64,000 nucleotides of DNA from positions 1 to 64,000 of IMG/VR virus record IMGVR_UViG_3300036770_007495; one strand, 5' to 3'. Of the stretch, positions 30,683 to 41,552 are shown one piece after another. The position numbers were made by a program, and so were the translations under genes. The first letter of the stretch is position 1; every line of letters starts with the position of its first letter. The notes below the pieces were generated by a model, which saw only the letters and a program-made list of their open reading frames with translations, had not been told where the DNA came from and made no database searches.

Positions 30683-31282
30683 ATGAAAATTTTCTTTACA
30701 TCCGACACCCATTTTGGGCATGCCAACATCATCAAGTATTGCGATAGGCCTTTTGCTGATGCCAATGACATGAATGAGCAGCTCATTGCCAATTGGAACA
30801 ATGTTGTCTCTCCTGATGATGTTGTTTACCATCTTGGTGACTTTGCATTTGGTAGCATCTCTGATGTCAATCGTGTGATGCATCGTCTCAACTTTGCTCA
30901 CATGCACTTCATCAAAGGCAATCATGACAAGCCTTTTCTCAATTGGTACAATGATTATAAGTGCGGCAATGATGCGACCGCGCGGAAAGTGACCATCTAT
31001 CCTCACTTCCTGGAGACCAACATCAACAAGCAGAAGTTTGTGCTGTGCCATTACGCCATGCGTGTTTGGGATCAGAGCCATCGCGGAGCACTGCACCTGT
31101 ATGGACATTCTCATGGCACTCTGCCAGATGACCCCAACTCCAAGAGCTTTGATGTTGGTGTGGATTGCCACAACTATCACCCCATCAGCCTGGAACGTGT
31201 GCTGAAGATCATGGACAAGAAGAAGGTGGAGACTAATTTTGAGAATCTGCCTGGCGTCAAAGCTGGCATCATTCGAGAATAA
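30683..31282 (+). CDS. Calcineurin-like metallophosphoesterase
   Basis: SDTHFGH, HLGDF, GNHD, HLYGHSH, DVGVD. Confidence 0.9.
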   Translation: MKIFFTSDTHFGHANIIKYCDRPFADANDMNEQLIANWNNVVSPDDVVYHLGDFAFGSISDVNRVMHRLNFAHMHFIKGNHDKPFLNWYNDYKCGNDATARKVTIYPHFLETNINKQKFVLCHYAMRVWDQSHRGALHLYGHSHGTLPDDPNSKSFDVGVDCHNYHPISLERVLKIMDKKKVETNFENLPGVKAGIIRE

Positions 31283-31319
31283 CAGTTGACTGAATTAGAA
31301 ACCGCATTATAGTGATTGC

Positions 31320-31577
31320 ATGTCACAGACAACCACTAACAAGTCAGAATATTACATCAAAGGCAATCCACAAGTCATCAAGCTGCTTGAGAAGATTGCC
31401 AAAGAGGAATGCAACGTTGAAACGCTGCAGACTCGTTTCAGTGATGGTTTGGATTTCCATGACATTGGCGTAGCAAGCTTGCTGTCTGCTTTGCACGCTG
31501 CTTATTATGCAGGACTCAACAAAGGAATGCAAATCAGCCACAATCATTATGATGCAAGTTTCAACGATGACAACTGA
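31320..31577 (+). CDS. DUF6900-like protein
   Basis: IA......ETL.TR.SD.LDFHD..V..L..AL.AAY.AG. Confidence 0.7.
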   Translation: MSQTTTNKSEYYIKGNPQVIKLLEKIAKEECNVETLQTRFSDGLDFHDIGVASLLSALHAAYYAGLNKGMQISHNHYDASFNDDN

Positions 31578-31760
31578 ACAAGCAAACCCCAAATCTGGTT
31601 CTCTTTGGCTGGTTGTTGTTGAATGCCGCTACAATGTAATTGCAGTATGTGCTTCTGGTCAAGGATTTTATATTCCTGGTCAGGAGCCTTGCTGGCATTT
31701 TAGCCACGTTGATGAGTGGATCAAAGAGATTGTTCCAGAAGAATGGGACACAGAAAACAG

Positions 31761-31794
31761 TTGACTAGATTAGGAACCTCGCTATAATAATTGC
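31761..31794 (+). promoter_or_regulatory. Sigma70-like leaderless promoter with GGAACC in spacer
   Basis: TTGACT-AGATTAGGAACCTCGC-TATAAT-N6-ATG. Confidence 0.8.
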
Positions 31795-32256
31795 ATGAAC
31801 GATCTTTCTAATCCGCTCAATCCGTTGAGCCCTCTCAATCCAATCTGGAGAGATGTATATTTTCCACAGCAAGAGACTGTCAATCACGTTTCTATTCAAG
31901 GTGATGGGCGTGCGTTTATTGTCATCTTGTTCATCTTGTTTCTTTGCTTTTGTGGCATGGTTGTAAATTCACAGAACTCTTGATCAAATGAACAAAGTTT
32001 ATCTGCTGCAATTTTTCTGCTACAGCTATTACGATTTGATCGTCATTGGAGTGTATAGCAGCGTTGAAAACATTCTGCAAATTGATACAGAAAAAGAATT
32101 TGAATTCTCTGATGGTGAATATCGCATTGTGGAATTTGAGATCAACAGCATACAATCCAAAACATTGAAAAATAAAATTGTTTGGAGCACCGGAAAGACT
32201 GACGGTTGGCAAGATAAAGTTGTTGATTGAGTTAGGAAACTCGCTATAATAATTGT

Positions 32257-33249
32257 ATGAAATTAGCTTCTATTGAACTCATCTCTGACATTCAGCCTCA
32301 TCCCAATGCTGACAAACTGGACCTAGCCAAAGTGCTGGGCTACACATGCATCATTGAAAAGGGTAAATACAAAGTTGGTGATGCTGTTGTGCTCATTCAG
32401 CCTGATACTGTGCTGCCTGATGAATCTTGGGCTGAAGTCTTTAAGAAGAAGTCCAATAGGGTGAAGGCAATTCGCTTGCGTGGTTGTTGGTCATTTGGTA
32501 TTGTTATGCCTGTAGCCACATTCTTTGATGATGTGAAGTCTGTAATGGATTTTGCACCAGGCACTGAAGTATCTCATCTCATTGGCGTTACCAAGTACGA
32601 AGCTCCTCAGCCTCAGCAGCTGGACGCCAAAGGTCACTTGCCTTTTGGTCTGGGCAAGACTGATGAAGAACGTTATCAGAACATTCTTGACTTGCCATTT
32701 GGTGAGGTGGTTGATGTGACTCTCAAGATTGATGGTCAGAGTGCCACCTACTACTGCCACAAAGACAGGCAGACTGGTGAATGGACTACTGGCATCTGTT
32801 CTCGTTCCCTTGAAATGAAGCCAGAGTGCAGCAACAACTATACTAACATTGATCGCAAGTATGGTATTCTCAACAACCTGCAAGACTACTGCAAGTTCCA
32901 TGATGTGAGTTTGGCTCTGCGTGGTGAAATCTACGGCAATGGCATTCAGGGTCATGGCAACAACCCTCATGCCAAGATGCCTCTGAACTTCGCAGCGTTC
33001 AGTGTTTACAACTTTGATACCTTCCAGTATGAAAATGCTGGCGATGAACATTATTATGCCAATGTGTGCCATCGAATTGGCATTCCTGTTGTGGACCATG
33101 TTGAAAAGGCAGTTCTAACTCCAGAGCTCATCAAGCACTATGCTGAAGACATCTCTGAAATCAATGGTCGTGCCTTTGAAGGTGTGGTCATCAAGCACAG
33201 CACAGGGTCGTTTAAAATTATCAATATGAGCTACGATGAACGCAAATAA
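32257..33249 (+). CDS. RNA ligase, DRB0094-like family (N-terminal OB domain)
   Basis: KLASI..I..I.PHPNADKL, KTDEER.QN, KIDGQS, GEIYG.GIQ, FEGVVIK, SFKII. Confidence 0.85.
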   Translation: MKLASIELISDIQPHPNADKLDLAKVLGYTCIIEKGKYKVGDAVVLIQPDTVLPDESWAEVFKKKSNRVKAIRLRGCWSFGIVMPVATFFDDVKSVMDFAPGTEVSHLIGVTKYEAPQPQQLDAKGHLPFGLGKTDEERYQNILDLPFGEVVDVTLKIDGQSATYYCHKDRQTGEWTTGICSRSLEMKPECSNNYTNIDRKYGILNNLQDYCKFHDVSLALRGEIYGNGIQGHGNNPHAKMPLNFAAFSVYNFDTFQYENAGDEHYYANVCHRIGIPVVDHVEKAVLTPELIKHYAEDISEINGRAFEGVVIKHSTGSFKIINMSYDERK

Positions 33250-33450
33250 CAACAATACCACGACAAAAGAAAAAGCCATTGAAATGCTCAGGCAGGAGCA
33301 GCAGAACTTTGATACAGAAGTTGCACATGCTAATGCAGATGCCATTCTCTGCAAACTACTCATTTCACTTGGATATACAGATGTGGTGGATGAATACAAC
33401 AAGGTGAAAAAATGGTATGCATAACATCCTTGAGCAAATAAAAGACAACA

Positions 33451-33852
33451 ATGTTTGACAAAACCTATCACACAGACAACAGCGTCAACTTCCCTGATGA
33501 AGTTCGCATTGTGCATGAACGCCCCACCACCACCAAGCAGATCAAACTGCTGCGTGAAATGGAAGAGGACTTGCGCAAAGACATTTTGAGTCATGTCAGA
33601 ATTGACAACAATGATGTCAAGTTCAACTGCTTTCTTCGTCACAAATGTTTTGATGATTATGAGCTGGTAGCAGTGCTCAAGCTCAACAACAAAGAGCTGA
33701 CTGTTAAGCACGACATATACAGATTCAAATCATTCAAAGAGCAAACTCAAATGTTCTTTCGCAAAATTGCTGATCAAATTGTGCATGAAGTTTTGATTGC
33801 AAACTATCAAGAAGTTGAAAAGGTGTTCAAGTCATTAAAATCAGTTGTCTAA
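33451..33852 (+). CDS. Hypothetical protein
   Basis: 133-aa ORF. Confidence 0.55.
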   Translation: MFDKTYHTDNSVNFPDEVRIVHERPTTTKQIKLLREMEEDLRKDILSHVRIDNNDVKFNCFLRHKCFDDYELVAVLKLNNKELTVKHDIYRFKSFKEQTQMFFRKIADQIVHEVLIANYQEVEKVFKSLKSVV

Positions 33853-34453
33853 ATTAGGAACCACTACATAATACCAGCATGAACGTTCTTCTTGTAATCT
33901 TTTTTGCCTATCTCTCAGGTGTCATCATCATGGCAATCATCACCCGATATGCCAATGCCAAAGAAAAAAGCAAACATGCATGCTTGGAACCTAGCTTCAG
34001 CTTGCTGTCTTGGCTTGGTGTTGTTTTGTACTTTATTTGTTCTTTGGATGAATCTGCCAAAGATGGCTTCATTGCCAAGTTGCTCAACTACACCAACAAA
34101 GAGTAATGCAGGTGTGCATCATCATTGCATGCTGGCTCATTTTGAGCATGCTTGCGCTTTGTTTGTTTAATACCAAACCAGACAAAGATAACAGTTGATT
34201 TGATAGAAGATCTACTCTACAATGACAACATGAATGCGCCACAATACAGTCTGAAACCTGAATACAAAGTCTGGGACGAAGAAAACAAAGAACACATCAG
34301 CATCAGCATTGATGCTGGAGGTTATAGTTGTGTTTGTGTTACTCAAAAAAGTTGCAGCATCACTGATCAAATTAGCATGCCACCTCAAATGGCTCTGCTG
34401 GTTGCTGAAGCCATCAAGCATGTTGCTGAACATCTGATCAAGGAATCTAGCCA

Positions 34454-35038
34454 ATGAAATCCTCTGCGTATCAACGGTTGGACGACATTGACACTGTCAA
34501 CATCAATTGGCAGGAGTTCTATGCAGTTGCTCATGAAGCTCTCATGAATCTCGCACGTGCACAGTTTAATCTGTCACTGCATGATGCACAAGATGTGGTG
34601 CAGGAAGTGATCATTGCAATGCACAATCACATCATCTCCAATAGGTTTGATGCAAGCAAAGGCAAACTCAAAAGCTGGATGATTCATTTTGGCAAATGGC
34701 GCATCATTGACATCATTCGCCGCAACAAAAATCGCAATGCCCGCTTTGATGCACTTGAAGATGCACATGTTGAGTGTTGTGCAAGCAAAGATGCAGGTGT
34801 TGTGCATCATCTCATTGAGCAAGAAGATCATCAGCATCGCATGCAAGTGATCAAGCTTGCTCTCAAAGCAGTTCCTTCCAAGAAGTATCAAGCAATTTTT
34901 CTGGATTGGATTACAACTGGTGACTCACCGCAACAGTTGGCAGCAAAACATAAAGTTCCAATTTCACAGATTTATCTTGCAAAACACCGAGCCAAAGCCA
35001 TTGTACAACATCAAATTCAACAAATGAATCATGGCTAA
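34454..35038 (+). CDS. ECF-type sigma factor
   Basis: WQEFY, DAQDVVQEV, FD..KG.LKSW...W.IID..R, C-terminal HTH ending IYLAKHR. Confidence 0.85.
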   Translation: MKSSAYQRLDDIDTVNINWQEFYAVAHEALMNLARAQFNLSLHDAQDVVQEVIIAMHNHIISNRFDASKGKLKSWMIHFGKWRIIDIIRRNKNRNARFDALEDAHVECCASKDAGVVHHLIEQEDHQHRMQVIKLALKAVPSKKYQAIFLDWITTGDSPQQLAAKHKVPISQIYLAKHRAKAIVQHQIQQMNHG

Positions 35039-35369
35039 GATTACACCCATCACACGCAAAAGCAATTTTCGCATCACCATTGAACCCAAAGGTCTTGGCA
35101 ACTATGGCTTTGCAACCATTTCACCTCGACTCATCTATGGAGATGGACCAGAAGCAGAAAAGCGCATGGAACGCGACATCCGCGAGAGGTGCGAAGAAAT
35201 CATTGAACAAGCCAAACGCCATGTAGACAACATTGGCTGGATGGGCATTGAATGTGATGAAGAACAGTTGTGTCCATTCTGTGGATGGAACTGGGAAAAT
35301 GCCTGCGATGGGACTGGCGCACCAGGATGCTGCCAGGCTGCAATTGACGAATACGAAAAACCAGAATAA
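35031..35369 (+). CDS. Hypothetical protein with C-terminal Cys cluster
   Basis: CPFCG...CC. Confidence 0.6.
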   Translation: MAKITPITRKSNFRITIEPKGLGNYGFATISPRLIYGDGPEAEKRMERDIRERCEEIIEQAKRHVDNIGWMGIECDEEQLCPFCGWNWENACDGTGAPGCCQAAIDEYEKPE

Positions 35370-35389
35370 ATTCTCAATCAAAAAAACAT

Positions 35390-35866
35390 ATGGGACTCGA
35401 CATGTACATCTTCCACACCAATCGCACCAGTCATAGCATTGATGCATTGAATAAAATTGATTCAATTCGAGAGCTGAGTGCTGAAACGCCAGAAGCACAG
35501 CCGTTTCTGCCGCTGCGTGAATACAAACACCTCAAAGGAGTGTTCTCCATTTTCCATGAAGGTGCTTATTGGCGCAAAGCCAATGCCATTCATGGCTGGT
35601 TTGTTGACAAGGTGCAGAAAGGTGTCGATGATTGCGGATACTATGAACTAACCCGCAAGCATCTTGAACGGCTTCGCAAGGCTTGTGCAACCTCTTTCAG
35701 AACCAAGAAAGCTGGTTCGCTCAAGCCTCGCGGCGGGTTCTTCTTTGGTTCTACTGTGATCGATGAATGGTATTGGCGTGACATGTGCGACACCATCAAA
35801 CAGCTCGATGATCTGCTTGCAATGGATTGGGATGCTCGCCGCTTCTTCTATCATTCTTCTTGGTGA
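35390..35866 (+). CDS. Conserved phage hypothetical protein
   Basis: MGLDMY...YWRKANAIHGWF...GFFFGS...YHSSW. Confidence 0.7.
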   Translation: MGLDMYIFHTNRTSHSIDALNKIDSIRELSAETPEAQPFLPLREYKHLKGVFSIFHEGAYWRKANAIHGWFVDKVQKGVDDCGYYELTRKHLERLRKACATSFRTKKAGSLKPRGGFFFGSTVIDEWYWRDMCDTIKQLDDLLAMDWDARRFFYHSSW

Positions 35867-36578
35867 TATGAGACATTTGCTGCATCATATCGTTCGTGGC
35901 TGTGGTGAGTTGCCCACTTTTGGACACCACCCAGGCACACCCATTGTAATAATGTTCATCATTGCATTCACCATTGCAACGGGATGGCATGGCTTGTTGG
36001 TGAGTTGTTTGCTGTTCTTGCCCATTTATTTGTGGGGTGCCTATCATCGCTCCATTGACGATCCTGAAAAATAATGGTTGATTGTTGATGGAAACACTGC
36101 ATATTACAACATGAACGACAAAAATGAATTCATTGATGATGCACATGCATTGCGATTGATTCTTGCAGGCTTCTCTCTCATGGGCATTCGCTGCAATTCT
36201 CCAAATGCAAATGCAGAAACGGCAGCATCCATTGCACTTGATGATGCAGATGCAATTCTGCGCATGAGCAAGCAAAAGAACAAAAAGATCAAACAAAAAA
36301 ACAATGAATCTAAAGCTGATCAATGAAGTGGCAACACTTGCCAAACACATGCAAGTGAAATATCCGCATTTGCGTCAAGGGCAGGCTCTCATGAATGCAT
36401 TGCACGAAGTTGATGCCAACATGTACAAGCAAATTGATCAAACTGATGCAGACTGCTTCTATCAAGATGCACGCATTGAGAAGTTCTGGAACATCATTGC
36501 ACATGCTGAGACTCAAGCTTTGAATCAATAATTTGCTTCATCATCAATGCAGCATCCATGTGTACAATAAATATCCAC

Positions 36579-37715
36579 ATGGATGTTGTTGTATTAAATG
36601 AAATGAGCCGCACAGGAGAAATCATCAAAATGTGGCAAAGCACTGGTGCATGGGACCGCCTCAAAGAGCCCAAGCGTCAAGCAATTTTGGCATCACTCAA
36701 AAAAGTGATGCAAGCCACCAACAACAACCACAACATTGTCATGTGGATGGCACGTTGTGTGCAGAGAGGATTGCTGTTTGCCACCAACAAGACCACCAAG
36801 GTGAAGCAAATGCTCAATGATGAAAATCCTGCCAACAGAGTTTACAGCGATTTCAACTTCTTTGTGGGCAATGAAGCAGGTGCATTTGCTCAAATGTATC
36901 AAGACATTTTGCAAACAGCCAAAGAGCTGCAAAATGATCCAGTGTTTGTGGAGGTTCCTGACATCAGAAATGGTGAACAGCAAATGAATGCTGATGGAAC
37001 CCCCAAAATGAGACGTGAAAAGGTGGACTTGATCAAGTTGCTCAACAATGTTCAGTACACCAAAGATGTCAAGACAATGCAAGGCAGCAGGCAAATTGAT
37101 CGTTCCACATCAGATGTGTATCATGACATCAACAATGTGATGAAAAGCATTGGCGATGCTACAAAATTGCCCAGAGGAGAGCGCATTGTAGACATGAGCA
37201 AAGATGAACACTGGACATATGTGAGTGCAGGCAAATGCAAGATTGAAGGATCCATGATGGGCCATTGCGGCAATGCCACTCCCAAGCCAGGTGATGCCAT
37301 TGTTTCCTTGCGCATCAAATCATCTGGAATGTTTTTTGAACCAGTGGCAACATTCATCTACAACAAAAACAGCAATGCATTTGGTGAAATGAAAGGCCGC
37401 CACAATCAGAAGCCATCTGATTATCATGAACAAATTGTTGCATTGCTGTCTGCTCCAATGTATAATACATCAGAAGGTGAATTCAAGTTGCAATTGCTGC
37501 AAGGTGGTGGTTATGCTCCTGCCAGAAACTTTGCACTCAATGACTTGTCTGAACCATTGTTCAAGCAATTGTGTGATGCAAATGGTGAATTGATTAAAAA
37601 TCAAATGAAAAATGCAAACAAGGTGAGTCAGGAACAAAAACTTGATGAGCAACATCTCAAATGGGCAAATGAAGTTCTAGATGGTGGCACCATTAAATAC
37701 ATGCAACATCAATGA
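36579..37715 (+). CDS. Late protein with PcfJ-like C-terminal domain
   Basis: TAAATA upstream; EGSMMGHCG...SLR...EMKGRHNQKP. Confidence 0.6.
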   Translation: MDVVVLNEMSRTGEIIKMWQSTGAWDRLKEPKRQAILASLKKVMQATNNNHNIVMWMARCVQRGLLFATNKTTKVKQMLNDENPANRVYSDFNFFVGNEAGAFAQMYQDILQTAKELQNDPVFVEVPDIRNGEQQMNADGTPKMRREKVDLIKLLNNVQYTKDVKTMQGSRQIDRSTSDVYHDINNVMKSIGDATKLPRGERIVDMSKDEHWTYVSAGKCKIEGSMMGHCGNATPKPGDAIVSLRIKSSGMFFEPVATFIYNKNSNAFGEMKGRHNQKPSDYHEQIVALLSAPMYNTSEGEFKLQLLQGGGYAPARNFALNDLSEPLFKQLCDANGELIKNQMKNANKVSQEQKLDEQHLKWANEVLDGGTIKYMQHQ

Positions 37716-37972
37716 AAACAAGTGACTTACAACAAATGATGCAGCAATATCAATTGATTGCAGAAAACAATGGCGAGCAGCAAGATGGTTTGAATCTTGA
37801 AGCAAGATATGATGAGATTACTGAAAGAGTAAATGAAGCATATGGCCAACTAGCTGCAGCAATTGAGCAAATGCGTCAATTTCTTGCATATGCAGAAAAC
37901 TTTGACTTTGAAATAGATTTTGTTGCCTGGGCTGAAAACATGGAGGATGCATGCAGAGATTTGTTGAGATGA
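37712..37972 (+). CDS. Small acidic late protein
   Basis: TAAATA upstream; N-terminal ...LIAE. Confidence 0.55.
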   Translation: MKTSDLQQMMQQYQLIAENNGEQQDGLNLEARYDEITERVNEAYGQLAAAIEQMRQFLAYAENFDFEIDFVAWAENMEDACRDLLR

Positions 37973-38220
37973 ATGATGCAAAACACATTTACAAATTGTA
38001 TGCAGAGAATGCTGAACAAGCATCTCCCATTCAGCAAACTTATGACAAATTCATGGATTTGCACATGGATTTGATGAATGCACATGATGAAATGAAGCAA
38101 TTCATGGAGTCTGATGAATTCAAATTTGCCATCAACAATGATTGGATGGGCTTGGAAGATGAAGATGCTGAAATGATTCCAAGTGACTTTCAATCTTACA
38201 AACACAGTTTGTTTGGCTAA
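37969..38220 (+). CDS. Small acidic late protein
   Basis: MNDAKHIYKLYAE. Confidence 0.55.
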   Translation: MNDAKHIYKLYAENAEQASPIQQTYDKFMDLHMDLMNAHDEMKQFMESDEFKFAINNDWMGLEDEDAEMIPSDFQSYKHSLFG

Positions 38221-38224
38221 TTTC

Positions 38225-38683
38225 ATGGATTCCATTGACATCAACAACATTCAATGGTTGGTGGCAGAAAATGCCATCAAACAAAATGATGATGAGCAAG
38301 GTGTGGAACAACCTTCTCCCATTGCAGGTGCAAGAGCATAGAAAGATTCACAAGGGCGATACCATCGCATCGGAGGACCTGCTTTTGTTGCATCTGATGG
38401 TTCACAGCAGTGGATTGTTCATGGTGTGACGCACAGAGAAGATGGACCTGCTTTGATATATGATGATGGTTCAATATGGTACTTGAATGGACAACGCCAT
38501 CGCATCAATGGACCTGCTGTACAACAGAAAAATGGTGAACAACACTGGTACATCAAGGGCAATAGATACAGCAACATCAATGCATGGGCCAAGGCAGCAT
38601 TGGAATTTGAAGGCAAGGAACCTACTCATGAAATGATTGAGCAAAAGGTTCAGCAAGTGATGCAGCAAGATCTTTTTGATTAA
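38225..38683 (+). pseudogene. HRxDGPA-repeat protein with in-frame TAG at 38339
   Basis: Frame from ATG 38225 continues past TAG into YHRIGGPA/HREDGPA repeats; paralog has Trp there. Confidence 0.7.
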
Positions 38684-38691
38684 ATACAAAG

Positions 38692-39144
38692 ATGAATGAT
38701 GATGTCAACATCTTTGAATTGTATAAAGAGAATACTTCAAAAACTGCTGATGGTGGCAAGGTTCGTGCCATAGTTGATGAACATGGCAATAAACGATGGT
38801 ATGATGAGTATAATAGAATACACCGCGAAGATGGACCTGCTGTGGAATATGCATGTGGCGAAAAATACTGGATGAAACATGGCAAACTGCATCGCATTGG
38901 TGCACCAGCCATTGAATATGCTGATGGCAGCACTGAGTGGTTTTATAATGGTAGAATACATCGTGTTGATGGACCTGCTGGTGAGTATAGTGATGGCAGC
39001 AAATCATGGTATGTTAGCGGTATAATTTATACAGACATCAACAAATGGGCTGCAGCAGCGTTAAAATATGAAGGCAAAGAGCCCACAAAAGAGATGATTG
39101 AGCAAAAGATTCAAAGTGTGATGCAACAAGATCTTTTCAGTTGA
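38692..39144 (+). CDS. HRxDGPA-repeat protein
   Basis: Three HR..GPA repeats; TAAATA upstream; ends QQDLFS. Confidence 0.8.
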   Translation: MNDDVNIFELYKENTSKTADGGKVRAIVDEHGNKRWYDEYNRIHREDGPAVEYACGEKYWMKHGKLHRIGAPAIEYADGSTEWFYNGRIHRVDGPAGEYSDGSKSWYVSGIIYTDINKWAAAALKYEGKEPTKEMIEQKIQSVMQQDLFS

Positions 39145-39178
39145 TTGTGTTGCAAAAGCATGCACATTGCATGCACAC

Positions 39179-39478
39179 ATGGATGCAAAAGATTTGATGC
39201 AACTGTCAACATTGTATGATGATGTGCACTTGCGAGAGCCTCAAGTGCATCGTGATGAAAATGGCAATGTAGTGCACAAATTGTGGGGCAAACGTCATTG
39301 CACCAATGGTGCTGCTGTGCAATGGAATGATGGTGCAAAAGAGTTCTGGGTTAATGGCCGTAGATTTCGTGATGTTGATGCATGGGCACGAGCAGCATTG
39401 GCATGGGAATTCAAATGCATAAATCAAGAGAGCATCAATGAAAAGATTCAATGTGCGATGCAATGTGATCTGTTTTGA
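39179..39478 (+). CDS. HRxDGPA-repeat paralog (single repeat)
   Basis: Shared C-terminal WA.AAL..E...I..K.Q..MQ.DLF. Confidence 0.7.
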   Translation: MDAKDLMQLSTLYDDVHLREPQVHRDENGNVVHKLWGKRHCTNGAAVQWNDGAKEFWVNGRRFRDVDAWARAALAWEFKCINQESINEKIQCAMQCDLF

Positions 39479-40014
39479 TGATGCACAATGATGTGGTGGA
39501 GATGTAGGATGAAAATGATGTAAAAACATGTGAAAATCATGAAAAAGCAGCAGAATATGCATTGGCAAGCAAGTGCTGATTGTTGATGAATGTGCATGCA
39601 TAATGCATTGAGAATCAATGAAGTATGTTATGCATTGAATGTGAACGAGTTACATTGAAATGTTGAAATGTACGCCTCAATGGGGGTGCGAGTGTAGAAG
39701 GGGTTGGCAATGTGGGTATGAGGGTGAATGAAGGTGAATGGTTTGGAAATGAGTTGTGTGTTGCGCGCTCCTTACTCGGCACTTGCTGCCTTTGCGCACA
39801 CAATTTAGACATCGCTTACTTCAGTGCGAACATCAGATCACCACATCGAGAATATCCCCTTGTGGATCTGAGATGCGCACATCAAAACGAGAAGCGCATT
39901 TGCTCAATGCATGTCCCCGCGCCGCCATGCATGCGTTTCCAATGCCATTCAACAATTTTAAAAAACATTCATTTTGTGCATTGCAATACACGTTGTAGAG
40001 TCCACATTGCATAT

Positions 40015-40239
40015 ATGACAAAAAACAAACGACTCAATATCAATCGCAACTGGTACTCCAACAAGAATGTGCGCCCCAAGCTGTTCAATGTGACGCTGGC
40101 TCGCGATTCTGATGGCACTTACCGCATTGTGGAAGGTGTGGTGGAAGCAGTGGTGAACCAGCATGAAGCTCGCATTCAGCGCGTGGATGCTCGTGACCTT
40201 GCTCGCGATCTCAATCGCGGCCGAGTCAAGGCTCTGTAA
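40015..40239 (+). CDS. Small basic early protein
   Basis: Leaderless start MTKNKRLNIN; hairpin at 40275-40312 downstream. Confidence 0.6.
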   Translation: MTKNKRLNINRNWYSNKNVRPKLFNVTLARDSDGTYRIVEGVVEAVVNQHEARIQRVDARDLARDLNRGRVKAL

Positions 40240-40486
40240 TGCACAAGCACAGAGCATAAAGACTGAGCATACAGTGAACGGAACTCATGGCTAATGTGCT
40301 GTGAGTTCCGTTCTCATTTTTATAGCATTTATAAGATAAAATGGCGCTTTTTGCAATCAACTGTATAATTGTGAGAGTGCTAGCGCGGCACGGGTTCACT
40401 TAGAATTTGTCGGCTGCTGAAGCATTGCTCCTATTTGGATGCTCCCATCGATGCATGCACATTACCCCTCTTTTGCATTTGTGCCA

Positions 40487-40921
40487 CTATTCTTTGAGAC
40501 GTTGGTACCAATAAACTTTGGCATTGCGCCACATGTTGCAAAAGGGAATGCGGGTTCCGTGATTGTTGACATCATACAGTCGGCCATTGCAAATGATGAT
40601 GATGTGTTGCGGCACCATCACAATGGCCCATTCATTGCGCTTCAATCGATGGCTCAATTCAAGCACCGTTGTTTTGCGTTGAGGATAGATGCAGCGAGTT
40701 TTGCACAGCCATTTGCGCAGTTCAAATCGAATCTCACTATCCCACATCATTTGAGTCTCACGCTGGGCGCGGCATGGTTTCCATTTGTTGACTTCAATGC
40801 GACGGCGCATCACACGCAAAGTGATTTGTTCATCTGGCTCACCGGTGAGCATGCTGATGACGCGGCTGGCACAGCTATACATGTGAAAAGGGGCTTGGCA
40901 GGTGGTGAGATGCAGTTTCAT
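40487..40921 (-). CDS. Hypothetical basic protein
   Basis: Leaderless promoter (TATAAT-N8-ATG) on minus strand. Confidence 0.5.
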   Translation of the reverse strand: MKLHLTTCQAPFHMYSCASRVISMLTGEPDEQITLRVMRRRIEVNKWKPCRAQRETQMMWDSEIRFELRKWLCKTRCIYPQRKTTVLELSHRLKRNEWAIVMVPQHIIIICNGRLYDVNNHGTRIPFCNMWRNAKVYWYQRLKE

Positions 40922-41118
40922 TGCAACGCCATTATAATGATCAATGCAAATGCATCAACTAAAATGTGCACAAATGCATCTTGGTTCCCTTTGAAACAAA
41001 AAATTCAAAAAAAGCATGGTGCAGAGTTGCACTAATTCAAAATGCATATACAATGAGGGTGTAAGGCAATTACGCCTTGTTAATCAAACTCAACAAACAC
41101 ACAAAAAGGACCAAACAT

Positions 41119-41529
41119 ATGCCCAACGAAAAGAATACCAAGTTCACCGCCGCCATGACCTTCAACACCGACAAGGTGGTGATTCAGGACCTGCGCGACA
41201 AGTGCAACCTCGGCGAGAAGGAGATGATGCGCGTCATCCTCAGCGTCGTCAACAACCATGAAGCGGAACTCATCGAGGCCGCCGCCAAGTTCATCGCTGA
41301 TGAGAAGGCTGGCATCGAGGCCGCCAAGCAGGCCAAGAAGGCGGAACGCGAGGCTGAGAAGCTCGAAGCCAAGCAGAAGCGCGAGGCTGAGCGTCTGGCC
41401 AAGAAGGCAGAACGCGAGCAGGAGAAGGCGCAGAAGGCTGCTGCCAAGGCCGCTGCCAAGGCGGAGAAGGAAGCTGCCAAGGCTGCGGAACTGGCTGCCA
41501 AGGCCAATGCTGAACCGGTGGAAGCCTAA
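41119..41529 (+). CDS. Ala/Lys/Glu-rich protein (histone-H1/TolA-like tail)
   Basis: AAKAAAKAEKEAAK repeats; GC-rich codons; AAAGGA RBS; own promoter and terminator. Confidence 0.75.
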   Translation: MPNEKNTKFTAAMTFNTDKVVIQDLRDKCNLGEKEMMRVILSVVNNHEAELIEAAAKFIADEKAGIEAAKQAKKAEREAEKLEAKQKREAERLAKKAEREQEKAQKAAAKAAAKAEKEAAKAAELAAKANAEPVEA

Positions 41530-41552
41530 TCCACAACCAACACCAACCATTG

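Noticed and set aside
38339-38341. Genome-wide TAG stop-codon reassignment
   Set aside because: Only one in-frame TAG seen; long genes are intact in code 11 and TAG terminates tightly packed genes (22727, 28787).
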